Assembly (NCBI RefSeq): GCF_964204645.1
Contig: NC_134033.1
Location: forward strand, 2,128,131 to 2,192,130
DNA: 64,000 nt
From: Tubulanus polymorphus
Lineage: Eukaryota; Animalia; Nemertea
Direction: 5' to 3'
Of this stretch, positions 39,801-51,583 are shown piece by piece (the first letter of the stretch is position 1; each line of letters starts with the position of its first letter). The notes beneath the pieces were generated by a model. That model saw only the letters and a program-made list of their open reading frames with translations, had not been told where the DNA came from and made no database searches. The position numbers and the translations under genes are program-made.

Positions 39801-42800
39801 CAGCAGGTTACTTCAATGACCAGTCCAAAGATTGAAGATCAATTTCGGACTTCATTAAGGCATGACTGTGCAACGTGAACTAGTGTTTAGAGGGTTTAAG
39901 TTAAAACTGATCTTTAGAAGTGAAACAGCAATTCTAAAGATGGCCGTTACTGCCATCAATTTTTTCGTTAAAAGCTGATCTAATTCAAAATCGCAAAACT
40001 CTAAATTTCTAGTCTAAATCAAAAATGGATGCGACTAAAAGGTTAAGAATTAAATGTATAATGACGTCACACGCAAGCGCGCGCCGGGCGGGGGTACACA
40101 CTAACAGACGGTCTTACCGATGTCGGACTCGCGGCGCTGAACTGTCGCCGTGACGACGACGACAATACCAACGAAGCCGACGTCGTCGCCGTAACGACGA
40201 CGCGCTGTTGAGAACACGCTCGATACAACAATCGGTGCACTACTTGCGTAACCATGGTTTCTATTCAAACCGAACGAATTAATGATCCCGTTTTTTTTTT
40301 GGTTTTGTTTTTGGCGTTTTATCGACTACGACTGACACTGTCGTCGCGGTGATCGCGGTCCATGCCTGCAAAAATTCCGAAAGTCGGAAAAACGGAAAAA
40401 TAAAGAAGACGTATTTTAGATGACTGCGTTCGAAAAGACGGGTCCTAGAAACCGGTGAAATAAACCGCAAAAACAACAAGACCAAGTTCTACAGTCGTGT
40501 GTTAGAGTCGACTCTGTGCTGGAGTCGTGATTCCACAATAATTACCGACTCTATTCCATTCCACAATCATTGATGACTCTGGAGTCAATTCTACAGACTA
40601 TATAGTCAATTCCACAATTGTTGACTCTGGAGTCATTTCTACAGACTCTGGAGTCATTTCCAAATTTGTTGTCTCTGGAGTCATTTCTACAGACTCTGGA
40701 GTCATTTCCAAATTTGTTGTCTCTGGAGTCATTTCTACAGACTCTGGAGTCATTTTCAAAATCGTTGACTCTGGAGTCATTTCTACAGACTATATAGTCA
40801 ATTCCACAATTGTTGATTCTGGAGTCATTTCTACAGACTCTGGAGTCAAATCCAAAATTGTTGACTCTGGAGTCAAATGCACACCTATAGTCCTACTACG
40901 GCTCTAGGGTCAGTCGCGCAGTTGCGCGAAGTCCACATACGAACGACCAAAGACCGTCGCATACACGACCGCGAGCAAGATCTCGACTCCGGGAGTCAAC
41001 CGAGTAAGTCGCGCGTCCTCAAAATATAATTCCTCGCAATATTGCCGAAATTCGAACGCTCTCTCCGTTTAAAAGTCAAACGACGGTAACCAACGACTGC
41101 AGAACGCGCCCCTGTGTAGATACATACAAACCCAACTGTAAAACACTAATAAAGACTCACTGTAGTAAAACACCACACTTTAAAATCATATGACTGAAAT
41201 GTTTCTATTTTCGGGTTTAATACCGGTTTCTAGTGAAGGTTAAAGGGTGGTTGTTTTTTGTGTGGTTTTTGTGACGATTTGTGAAACAAACGACGGAGAT
41301 CAGCTTTTAAAAACAGTGTATATTTCAATACGCGAAAAACGTGTATTTCAAAAACCAGACTCGAGACTCATAGTTCGAGAAGAATTATTTCGCGACAGTT
41401 TGTTGACAGATCTAAAGAGAACTGGTCTTTTTGAAAATATAAAACTGATCGAATAGAAATCTAAAGCGCGTTTATTCGTATAGGTACTAGGCGACACCTG
41501 GTGGTAACTTACTGGGAGATGATACCCGGGGTCGGCCAGTTCCTGACTACTGGGATGAATTGCACTGTCATTACTTAGATTTAAGACCAGTCTAAGCTCA
41601 TTTTAGTTTAGCGAAGCTAACAAATTGAGACCGGTCTAAGCTCATTTTGGTTCTATAGCCAATCTAACAACTTAAGACCAGTCTAAGCTCATTTTGGTTC
41701 TATAACCAATCTAACAAACTTAAGACCAGTTTATAAAAGCTCATTTTGGTTCTATAACCAATCTAACAACTTAAAGACTATGAGTCTTAAAGATTTAAGA
41801 CAAGTTTTGGACTGAAGTATCGACTGTGCAACTAGCCCGGAGTCGGCGAGATCTAAGGCCTACGAAATCTAAAGCATAGTTGAAGAGTTGATTGGAGGCG
41901 GCTGATCTGTGATATTTGTTTCACAAGTCATAGTCACTGTAGCTAATATACGACGGAACCTCGTCAAAAATTCCCGGCTGCTCCTAGCCGAGACAGTTTC
42001 ATCGGACCAGTACGAACTCCTACCGCTGAGATTAACTCGATTGAATCGCGGGTGACATTTAGAAAAATGGGTTGAGAGTTTCACGAAAAACTCTCTTAAC
42101 CCTTTCAGTGCTGACTAATTAATACCCTATAGTGCTGGAGATAATTTGAAAATTTTCAAAAATTCCTCCATAGTGTGTTGAATAACGGGAATACCACTAT
42201 AGTGCATCTACACCGCGGTGCAGTGTATCATTAGTTACTAGTATTTCACTATGTTTGACACGTGCTGCCATTTCTCAAGAGAGATAATTACTAATTACAT
42301 CAATATACCGCAGTGCAGTGCACTAGCAAAATCTATCACTGATTCATACACCGCACTGCGGTGTAGACGCACTGAAAGGGTTAAGCTTTAAACCGGGTCG
42401 AGTTTGAATCGTTAACCTCGTAATGAAATAAACCGATAAACAGAAACTAAACCACAAATTTGTGAGGAAAACAATTCAACCTTTAAAAACAGTTTAAATC
42501 TTTTCATATTCCCGAAACTCACGGGCTGCAGTTACTGAAAAGTAGGTTAGAGTTAACCTGTGGATAAATTGACAAAGTGACGATTAAAAATTCATTGTTA
42601 CTGTCGTATTTATCCGCTGGTTATCCGTAACAAACTTTTGACCAACTGCAGCCCCGCGTTTTGATTCGACATCAAAAATCGTAATTTAATCGGAAAACAC
42701 TAAAAATCAGTCCAGTTTTGATAATCTCAAGGTGGTTGCGAAATAGTCCGATCTCTGTTCGTCGTAACGAGGTTCCGCTGTATAGGCAATACGAATTCAT

Positions 42801-43014
42801 CGATCACGGTGTTAGTACTAAGAGAATGAAGCCCTGGCAAGCGGGGACGGCGGCGTCTGCTCCGTACGTCTGCCTGTCTTACCATTTCGATGGATTTATC
42901 TCGCGGATAGTAGAGCAGTAGATAGCGGCGCACGATCGCGGCGTGCGAGTCGTACCACTCGGCGGTAAACGCGTAGCGCTCGTCCGCGCTGTCGTCGCCT
43001 AACGGAGCCATCAT
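30867..43014 (-). CDS. NME7: Nucleoside diphosphate kinase 7 (DM10 domain plus two NDK domains)
   Basis: Exons 43014-42883 (ERYAFTAEWYD..RRYLLLYYPRDKSIEM), 35270-35110 (FDLKNRRLFLKR..SRQLKIVDYGD), 34394-34233 (TLGLIKPD), 33866-33712, 33414-33262 (NAAHGS..CTCCVIKPHAV), 32639-32404, 31586-31479 (ARHLRPRTLRALFGKDKIQNAIHCTDLPED), 30902-30867 (VEYFFKILSRG*). Confidence 0.96.
31662..32057. repeat. 40-bp minisatellite x~10
   Basis: ctctaccggccgcttctatcgggtttacagattacaaact; reverse copies at ~49640-49720. Confidence 0.95.
36440..36520 (+). mobile_element. tRNA-derived SINE head or tRNA pseudogene fragment
   Basis: A-box-like tggtctagtgg and B-box ggttcaaatccc; spacing is too long for a canonical cloverleaf. 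Confidence 0.55.
36589..36876. mobile_element. piggyBac-like MITE (TTAA target duplication)
   Basis: TTAA|ccctttcagtgc ... gcactgaaaggg|TTAA. Confidence 0.88.
38838..39370. repeat. ~40-bp minisatellite x~13
   Basis: gggccccacaatcaccacaataactagcagggataaagtgt units. Confidence 0.95.
40118..40255 (-). CDS. Candidate alternative first coding exon of NME7 encoding a mitochondrial presequence (46 aa)
   Basis: Kozak accATGG; peptide MVTQVVHRLLYRACSQQRVVVTATTSASLVLSSSSRRQFSAASPTS; donor TCG|GTAAGA in phase 0, matching the phase-0 acceptor at 35270. Confidence 0.65.
40570..40878. repeat. Minisatellite of near-palindromic GACTCTGGAGTC units (21/27-bp alternation)
   Basis: Repeated gactctggagtcatttctaca / gactctggagtcatttccaaatttgtt. 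Confidence 0.85.
42100..42380. mobile_element. piggyBac-like MITE (TTAA target duplication)
   Basis: TTAA at 42096-42099 and 42381-42384, 12-bp TIR ccctttcagtgc, internal palindromes tacaccgcactgcggtgta. Confidence 0.9.
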
Positions 43015-44138
43015 CTGTTTTTTTTTGTGTAAATATATCCGACTAGAAAATAACGACCGACGAATCTCGCTGAAACAAAACATTTCATCAAACACCTAAA
43101 CATTCCATTGACAAGTGACTTGTTTATAATTCAATTGACACGAAAGAGTCTCTCAGCCTGCCGTGCTCATGGCTATGGTTTTGTCGATTAAATTTTGGGG
43201 CGAATTTTTTTAGTTAGCACCTTTCAGCGGCAGTGTTCTCCACAATAGGTTTTAGAGGGGCGACCACTCCTTTCATCCTCATTTACATCCACCCCTCTGA
43301 GATTCAGCCACCCCTTATAGAATATCTGCTGCCCCTAACGGTGTGGACGTCAATATTCTATCAATGCTGATAATTACTGATGAATCGTGGTTTTTAACAT
43401 GAAACATATTGAGCTAATGTGAAAAATAGAAGATTAGACCAAACTTTAGCTCGATAATGGTCTGTATTTTGGAGGATCGAACAGCCGCAATGTCATGACA
43501 TGCAGCCCCTTTAAAATTCTAGCATATGGAGAACATTGTGCAAGGCCCACCGTGGCCAAAAAATCTAAAACTAGGGGGGGGGAGGCTAGAAGCAGGGTTT
43601 GAATTCGAACAAATCTGACCTAGACAGAAATGCTATCATAGAATCCTGCCTCGGGTGGCCACGGCAACCCAAACATAATATATTCTTTTAAACCCTACAA
43701 TATTTTTTCTAATATAAAATTTCCCGTCGTCATTGAGACAAAGAGTGCTCTAGAGACCCTAATCAACATATAACAACCATATTTTTTTTAACGATAACTT
43801 ATGACAAATAAACTAAAACTATTCTACCACTTTATATATAATTATCTAACCACGGTCAAAATAGATTCATAATTCGGGCTCCAGTGTAGTGTTCAAACTA
43901 CTCAGCCTACAGTTGAATAGGTTGTTAACTAGGAGTAATTATCTCAATAGGCTGTACTGTACTGTCTAATACAAAGAACTGCTATCAGCTCAACTGTTTT
44001 CATACGTTATAAAAATGACTGAGTTACAAATCGTGGATAAAAACGCCTATCCGTAGACAGTGTATATAAATCTATGGCATTTCATGAGACAAACTGACAG
44101 TGATGGTTTTATTACCTACAGCTGCCATCTCTAAAGAC

Positions 44139-44250
<112 letters not shown>

Positions 44251-45679
44251 AGAAGGGTTATCCCGATGGAGGGAGCACCAAGCACTGACTAGGATAACTA
44301 CAATCAGGTGGTTCGAGAGTCACTTTTTTTTGAAAAGGCAGTGGATATTTTGCCAATGCGGCATTATTTTAGTAAACATTGATTTGCCAACATCTAGATA
44401 CTGATCAATCAGGGTCCAGTTCCACAGTTCTGAGTTCAAATTGACTGACCATTGAAAATGAACTAACTTTAAACTCAGAGTTAACTCTAACTCACAACTG
44501 TGGAACTGGGTCCTCATGATTTTATTCGGTTTATATCTAGGAACGGCGATATTTGGCAAATTGTCGCTGCGCACATAATTGCATCTCAACTTCCTCGGCA
44601 CATTCAGGATCAGAGCTTGTTCATTATTTAAATAATTAAGGCACAGACACCCCACGAGCAGCGCGGGAAAGTGTGTATCAACTAACTATAATCAAGTGAC
44701 GTGTGATTAGAGAATCTGTGAAGTGCTTAGGATATACAGAATCCCTTCAAAGTCAAAGACCTATAGGCCCTACGGACTGAAAGAAAAACTGTCAACCACT
44801 GAGGACACTACTGTTGGCAAATTTTGGTCGTCTGAATATGAGCGGTTCTCTTTTTTGGTTTTTGACCAGTTTTCTGGTGGTTAGTCGTCAGAAATAAAGA
44901 CCGTCACATTCCGATTATTTACTTTTTGGTAAAAGTACAGATGCGCGCACCTCTCCGCGTAAACGGTTCAATCAATTACATTAAATATCATTGTTTCAGA
45001 TTCAAAATGTCATCGGCAATTTAGTACATTGCCATTGGTTAATTTTAAGATATCTTCACTAGAAAGATTTTAGCCCGGATTCTGTCATTCAGCAGATTAC
45101 GTCAATCACGAGAGGTGCGCATCTGCACTTTTACCTACTTTTTTATCGATGAGTTTCCAATGACTTTCGATACAATATCGAACAGACAATTTTACACTTA
45201 TATTTACCAACATTAAATCCACCGAAATACCACTAATTTCCGGCAAGGCCAATGGTGGAACTTGAACCAGAGACGCTGCACTAGCTAGCATAGCATAGGA
45301 ATGCTGATTGAATACTGGGGCCTCCGGGTTCGAGAATACGGCTCCATCAACTGGACCGCTCAGCCTCTCATGTCTGTTCTCCACACTTCCCTTGAGTTTT
45401 AAGTTTTAAGTTATCTAAGTCTGTGCACATGCGTGGTATAAATCAGAACAGCCATTGCGCAAAATAGCGTTAGCCGTTAATACGAATAATGCCGCATCGG
45501 CAAAATATCACCAGGGTCAGGATTTTGAAAAAGGTTGAAAAAAAGAAGGGAAAAAAAATTTTCATTTTTTTTGGAAGTAGTAAGATAGGTTTCCTACATG
45601 TTTCCAGCAAATATTCTAAACCAGTAACATTAACACAAGCCTAACACGCATCACCGATTAGTAAGGGAAGATGTTATTT

Positions 45680-46090
45680 ACCTGTTGAGTTGTTTTTGAA
45701 GCGGGTTTCAGCGGCAGTTCCAGTAAACACTGACCAGTCCACACTCGATCTTTCAAAAAGTTGTTGTGGCAACCCGAACTTTTACAACGAGCTCCCTGAT
45801 TGGCCCGCATCCCTGACCTTACAACGAGCTCTCCCATTGGTTCACCTCCGGAAATCTATAACCAGCTCTCCGATTGGCTTAGTTAGCAAATCTACAACGA
45901 GATCGCTGATTGGTTTAAAGTTTTTCAAGTCACATGACCCATGACTTGGACAAAATGGCGGACTGACAGTTGTAAATTTTGCCAACTTGGTTTTTGACAC
46001 GTTTTTCGAACATACGGCGCTCCGTGAATCGTGGTGGGCCCCACCACGATTCACGGAGCGCCGTATGTTCGAAAAACGTGTCAAATTCAA
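45680..46090. promoter_or_regulatory. Putative NME7/BLZF1 bidirectional promoter
   Basis: Minus-strand donor (CAG|GTAAAT) at ~45680; X-box-like GTTGTTGTGGCAAC 45760-45773; ATTGG at 45799, 45836, 45873, 45909; GTCACATGAC ~45929; YY1-like AAAATGGCGG ~45952; palindrome 45993-46085. Both first coding exons begin right after splice acceptors, so non-coding first exons are required. Confidence 0.65.
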
Positions 46091-46863
46091 ACGTGTTAAA
46101 TTCATGTTTAATCGATGCAAAATTCATGAAAAATATCGAAAATTTGCCTTTTTATTCCCGTTTTGACAGTTCATCTTCATCAAATGTAATTTATTGCGGA
46201 TACGAAATACGCAATATTGTAAATATCTTGGAAATTACCGCAGGATTTGAAGTATTTGAAGTTTTGGGGTGGAAAGTAGCTCAGATCATTCAATATCCTA
46301 GATACTTAATTCTTTTTATAGTAAGTGGTATGTGTGGAGATCTTAAAAGCTACTTGGCCTATAATGTATTCGCACTTGGACCCTTGGTTCGTTGGCCCCC
46401 AAACTTCAATTGCAAGCTCATTGTGGAAATTACCTCATAAAGACTTCGATCAATCACTTGTAGTTTCTTCAGGCTACCTTAACACAGGTACTTGATTCAG
46501 TTCTTGAATAGACTGGTTACTAGGATGGATTAGGATACACATGATTTTCATGTCTACACCATCAATCAATTGCTTACTGGCCGTATGGATGGGACAAAAA
46601 TATTTAGACAATTTTCATTATTAATTCAGCCACCTTTCAGCACGCTCTTGAGGTTGCTTGAAGCAATACTGCCATCTGAGACACTAAACCGACGAACAAA
46701 TTTTGTTTTTAGGGGTCACAACCAGGTCTTAAGTTGAGCAATTGTGACTTAAGTCCAAAAGTGATCTTAGATCGTAGTTTTCGGTAAAAATGAAAGTGTC
46801 CTCTATAGGCCTATGCCACTCTCAAAAACCTGTTATGGAGAACACTGAACTTTTAAGACCCAG

Positions 46864-47001
46864 AGGCCAGTTGCACAGTTGTGACTTAAGTCCATAAGTG
46901 GTCTTAAATCTTAAGAATGGTCTTAAGTTGTAAGACTGGCCATATAAGTAATTTGGTCTTAGACTGGTCTTGAGTCTGAGCCATGACTGTGCAACCGGCC
47001 C
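46864..47001. mobile_element. Harbinger/Tourist-like hairpin MITE (CAG target duplication)
   Basis: cag|aggccagttgcacagt...actgtgcaaccggccc|cag; same family at ~34768-34860, 50077-50215, 52615-52751, 62640-62833. Confidence 0.75.
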
Positions 47002-47073
47002 CAGAAAATGAACTAAGACTGGTCTTAAATTAACCCCAAACCCATCAAATGAAATTGTTATGTATTTCAGAAA

Positions 47074-50000
47074 ATGTCGTATTCTGTGACCGGTGATAGA
47101 TTAAAAACGGCAAAATTCATTCCTTATGAGCCGACGAAGGCCGCGACCAGTCCGCCGATTTCCTCTACCCCGACTGGCGCGCGAAAAACCAACAATAACC
47201 TCCGCCGATACGACAACCATCGAAAAACTGACGCCCTGCGAGTTCGCGTCGGTCCGCGACGCCCCGACAACCTGATCAGCTACCCGAAACCTTACACGGT
47301 CGTGCAGCACGACCGCCAGAAACGGGAATCCCCCGACGAGAAAACGTTGTCGTTCGCCGAAGAGACGTCGATATCGGCGATAATCACGCCGGAGAATACG
47401 CCCTCTGTTGAGAGAAAGCTCGTACTACAAGACAGCGTTATCGCGGAAACGGATGATTTCCCGGTCGCCGCGACGACGGTGACGGCGAAACGCGAACTTT
47501 TCTCGGCAGACGGATATTCGTCGAAATATTCCCAGGTGGCGCCGCCGGCGAATAAAGATGTTACGTTCTCGGCTGACGATCGGAGTCGACCAGTTAATAA
47601 AGTCGACCCGCTGGTCAAATCGGATGACCAGTCGTCGACCGTTATCGATATAGGCGATTTGGAGATGCACGAAATCGATCGTCTGCGACGGCTGAATAAA
47701 AGTTACCTGACGCAAATCGAACATTTGAATCAAGAGCGTAACGAGTTTAAAAGCGAGTTGGACGCTCAATTTCAGGTTCGTTCGATTTCAAAACGCTTCA
47801 TTTCTTGATTAATAACTTTTCAGTCTCAATACCCCCGAGCGCTGGGCCCAGTTTCACAAAAAACTTTAACTCAAATTTGTGGTTTCATTGCTTTTTTGGT
47901 TACGTCATGTTTTCATTGAGGACAACAAACTTAACGTTTTTCGTAAACACTTTTTCGTGAAACTGGTCCCTGGAGATAATTTGCACTGTCGTAACTAAAG
48001 TCCATAAGTTGTCTTAATTCTTATGACTGGCCTTAAGTTGTTAGATTGGCTATAGAACTATGTTGGTCTTAGACCGGCCTTAAGTCTAAGCCATGAATGA
48101 CTATGCCACCAGCCCAATGGAGATAATTTGAAAATTTTGGAAAATTCACCTTGTTTTCATGATAATGAATCTCATTCTCGTTTCAAACCGCTTTAGGTGA
48201 ACACGGAATTAAAGAAGCTTCTCGTCGCGTCGGTCGGTGAAGATTTACAACACAGAGTTGAACGAATAATCAGGTAATTATTTCATCTGAATCCTGGCAC
48301 TGGTTCTATAGTTATGATTTAAGTCCGACTTAAAACCGTGAGACTGGTCTTAAGCAGTTCGATTAGTTATAGAACTAAGATGGTCTTTGACTGGGGTTAA
48401 GTCTAAGCCAAGAACCAGCCCCTGGAATTGATTCATATTTTCAACAGTGGTCTTAAATCTTAAGACTGGTCTTAAGCTGTTAGATTAGCTATAGAACTAA
48501 GATAGTCTTTGACTGGTGTCAAGTCTAAGCCATGACTATAGAACTGGCCCCTGGAATTAATTCATATTTCGAGAAATTCATATTTGTTTCGCATCCAGGC
48601 TATTGTTACCATTATTGCGGTATTTATGAAGTTAAAGATTTGATTATTTATTTCTTCTGTGTTTAGGGAGAAAGCTCACATGACGAATGAGATCGGTGAC
48701 TATCACAGACGCATTTCAACAGACGGCGAAAACCTCGATAAAGTTTCCATTCAAGCCGACATGTGGAGAAGTAAATTCCTCGCCAGCAGGTTAGACTTCT
48801 ATATTCCCCTATGACATGATGGTATTACCTTTCAAAATAAGATGGCTGCCTTCATAAATATCCCTATGACATGATCACATTAACCCTTTCATTGCGTCTA
48901 CACCGCAGTGCGGTGTACGAATCGGTTATAAATTTTGCTAGTACACCGCACTGCGGTGTATTTATGTAATTAGTAATTATCTCTCTTGAAAGCAGGCAGC
49001 ACGTGTCAAACATAGTGAAATACTAGTAACTAATGATACACCGCGCCGCAGTGTAGACGCACTATAGTGCTATTCCCGTTATTCAACACACTAGGATGGA
49101 ATTTTCAAAATTTTCAAATTATCTCCAGCACGATAGGGTATTGATTAGTCAGCACTGAAAGGGTTAAGTCTCTAGATAAGATGGCTGCCTCCATGAATCC
49201 CCCTATGACATCATCTAATTGCCCTCTAGTGAATTGACCTACGTTTAGACACTTTTAGAAATGACATCATCTACAAGGAATCCCAACTTGACGTCATCAA
49301 AATTGTTGTAATTTTTTTGGAAAATCTTTTTAATGTTGAAATATGTCGTACATTGAACAGAGTTATGGTTGACGAGTTGGCGAAATGGAAAGCGCATTTA
49401 TCGGTGAGATACAAAGAAATTCAGAAAACCCTCGAAGATTTATTGCACGAAAGACAACAATTACAATCGAGTTTACTGCTAACGTACAGGTAATAAATCA
49501 TCGGGGCCCCAGTGATGGCTTAGATTTGAGACCGGTCTTAAGATTAATCCTCGTAGTAGAGTGGAAACAAGTTCTACCCTGAGATAACGGTTAAAGCTCT
49601 CAAATATAATTTTACTCTCTACCTACTCCGGAATAGCTTTAATCTGTCAACCTGATAGAAGCGGTCGGTAGAGAGTTTGTAATCTGTAAACCCGATAGAA
49701 GCGGTCGGTAGAGAGTTTGTCAGGTTTTGATTGGTTTCAACCAATTCCGGAATTTTCTTCTGGTGCGTTTGTGTTGCGCAGAATACGATCTACCAATTCT
49801 GGAGAATAGCGTTATCTATAAACCTCATTGAAGCTGCCAGTTTGTAATCCCAAACCGAAATACGTTCAATCAAAATCTGAATTGAAATCTGTTGAATTCG
49901 ATGAAATTCTTAGCATTCGAAATTAGCTCTATTTTTCCAATGATTTTTCTTCCAATCGAAACCTGCCTCATGTTTTCTGTAACATTCAGGCAGCACGGAA

Positions 50001-51195
50001 TAGAATAATTAAATGATAATAATTCCACACAATATATCAACCTTATTGAAGCAGCCCGTATATCTATAATCCCCAGGGGACCAGTTGCATAGTCATGACT
50101 TAAGTCCAACAGTGGTCTTAAATCTTAAGATTGGTCTTAAGTTGTTAGATTGGCTATAGAACTAAGTTGGTCTTAGACTGGTCTTAAGTCTAAACCATGA
50201 CTATGCAACCGGCCCCAGAGGATATAATTGATATAGCAAATAATTTCGGGCCACCCGAATTTCACAGGGATTTCTCGTGTTGTTATTTTTTTTTCGGCAT
50301 ATTTCTCGCAGGCATTTACAACTGGTTAAAGACGCGTTTCTGCCGAATCCTGTGAAAATTCACCCGCTACAATCGCAAACCGTCGACAATCTGGCGAAGA
50401 TGAATTCGAAACTGGCGTCGGATTTGAAACAGCAATTACTCGGAAACATCCAGTCCGTAAACGACCTTCATTTAGTGTTAACCGGCGACAAGTTGACCGC
50501 AGCTGAGCAGCACGCCCAACAGGTAGGTGAAAATGACCATCTTCTTGCGGTGAATTTGACCCACATTTCTAGGGCTACTGTGGCGAGTGAAGATCCACCA
50601 GGTGTCACTAGTGTGAAGTAGGACATCGGTAACTGCAACAATACATGCCTTCTATTTACAATACAGATATAAAACAAACTATTTATGATGCCATCTCAGA
50701 GTGGCCACTGACCTGGAAAACTCAGAGAATCAGAAAAATCCGCAAAAACTCAGGGAATTTGACAAATTTTACTAAAAACCTGAGAACCGGGGGAATTGGC
50801 ATAATGTTATTGACCGCGTGTATCTTTATCAATACATGATTCAATGAAAAATGAATGAGTTGTAACATTTTAAGCCTAGAAACTTTTCTGATTCACTCGG
50901 GGAATTTTGTGTAATCACATGGAAATGTCAGGGAATTTCTAAATTGGTGGAAAGTGGCGCCACCCTGCGTCTGTTGTTAGAGCTGGTGTTCCCTAAATAA
51001 GTAATGAATCGACGATTCTTCGATTTACAGATTCTGATCAGCCCGCAGTTTCAATTGGACGATAATGAGCCGGAGACCCAGTCGATGGCGGGCGCGGATT
51101 TCCGCCCGATCGAGCGCTACCACCCGCACGCGCGTTTCGAACACGTCACCGTGAATTGTTGTGCAAACTGTAACGGCGATATTCACGTCGTCTAG
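47074..51195 (+). CDS. BLZF1: Golgin-45 / BLZF1
   Basis: Exons 47074-47775 (KFIPYEP..coiled coil), 48197-48273 (VNTELKKLLVASVGEDLQ), 48667-48789 (IQADMWRSKFLASR), 49361-49489 (VMVDEL), 50312-50522 (LTAAEQHAQQ), 51031-51195 (RYHP..VTVNCCANCNGDIHVV*). Confidence 0.93.
48884..49163. mobile_element. piggyBac-like MITE (TTAA target duplication)
   Basis: TTAA|ccctttcattgc ... gcactgaaaggg|TTAA. Confidence 0.88.
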
Positions 51196-51301
51196 GGCGA
51201 CGCGATCGCGAATTAACAATCGGGAACGTAGCAATTTACTCACATATTAAAGAGCAATAATATTCATAATCACGAGGGCCAGGTTTTATAAACCAGTTTA
51301 A

Positions 51302-51583
51302 CCCTTTCAGCGCCAACCGATTAATACCCGAATCTGCTGGAGATAATTTGAAAATCTTTAAAATTCCACCCTTATGCGGTGTATAGCGGTAATACTGCTT
51401 TAGTGTGTCTACACTGCGGTGCGATGTATCATTAGTTCCTAATATTTCACTATGCTTGACAGATACTGCCATCTTTCTTTAGATATAAAAACTAATTACT
51501 AATAACGTCAATAAACCGCAATGTACTAGCAAAAGCCATCTTCAATTTATATACTGCACTTCGGTGTAGATGCACTGAAAGGG
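51302..51583. mobile_element. piggyBac-like MITE, apparently nested in an older hairpin MITE
   Basis: TTAA flanks; preceded by gggccaggttttataaaccagt and followed by ..ggagttaaagctggtt, halves of the family seen at 869-983. Confidence 0.8.

Noticed and set aside
45842-46440. ORFs overlapping the palindrome
   Set aside because: Mirror-image peptides arise from the palindrome itself; no homology or exon signals.
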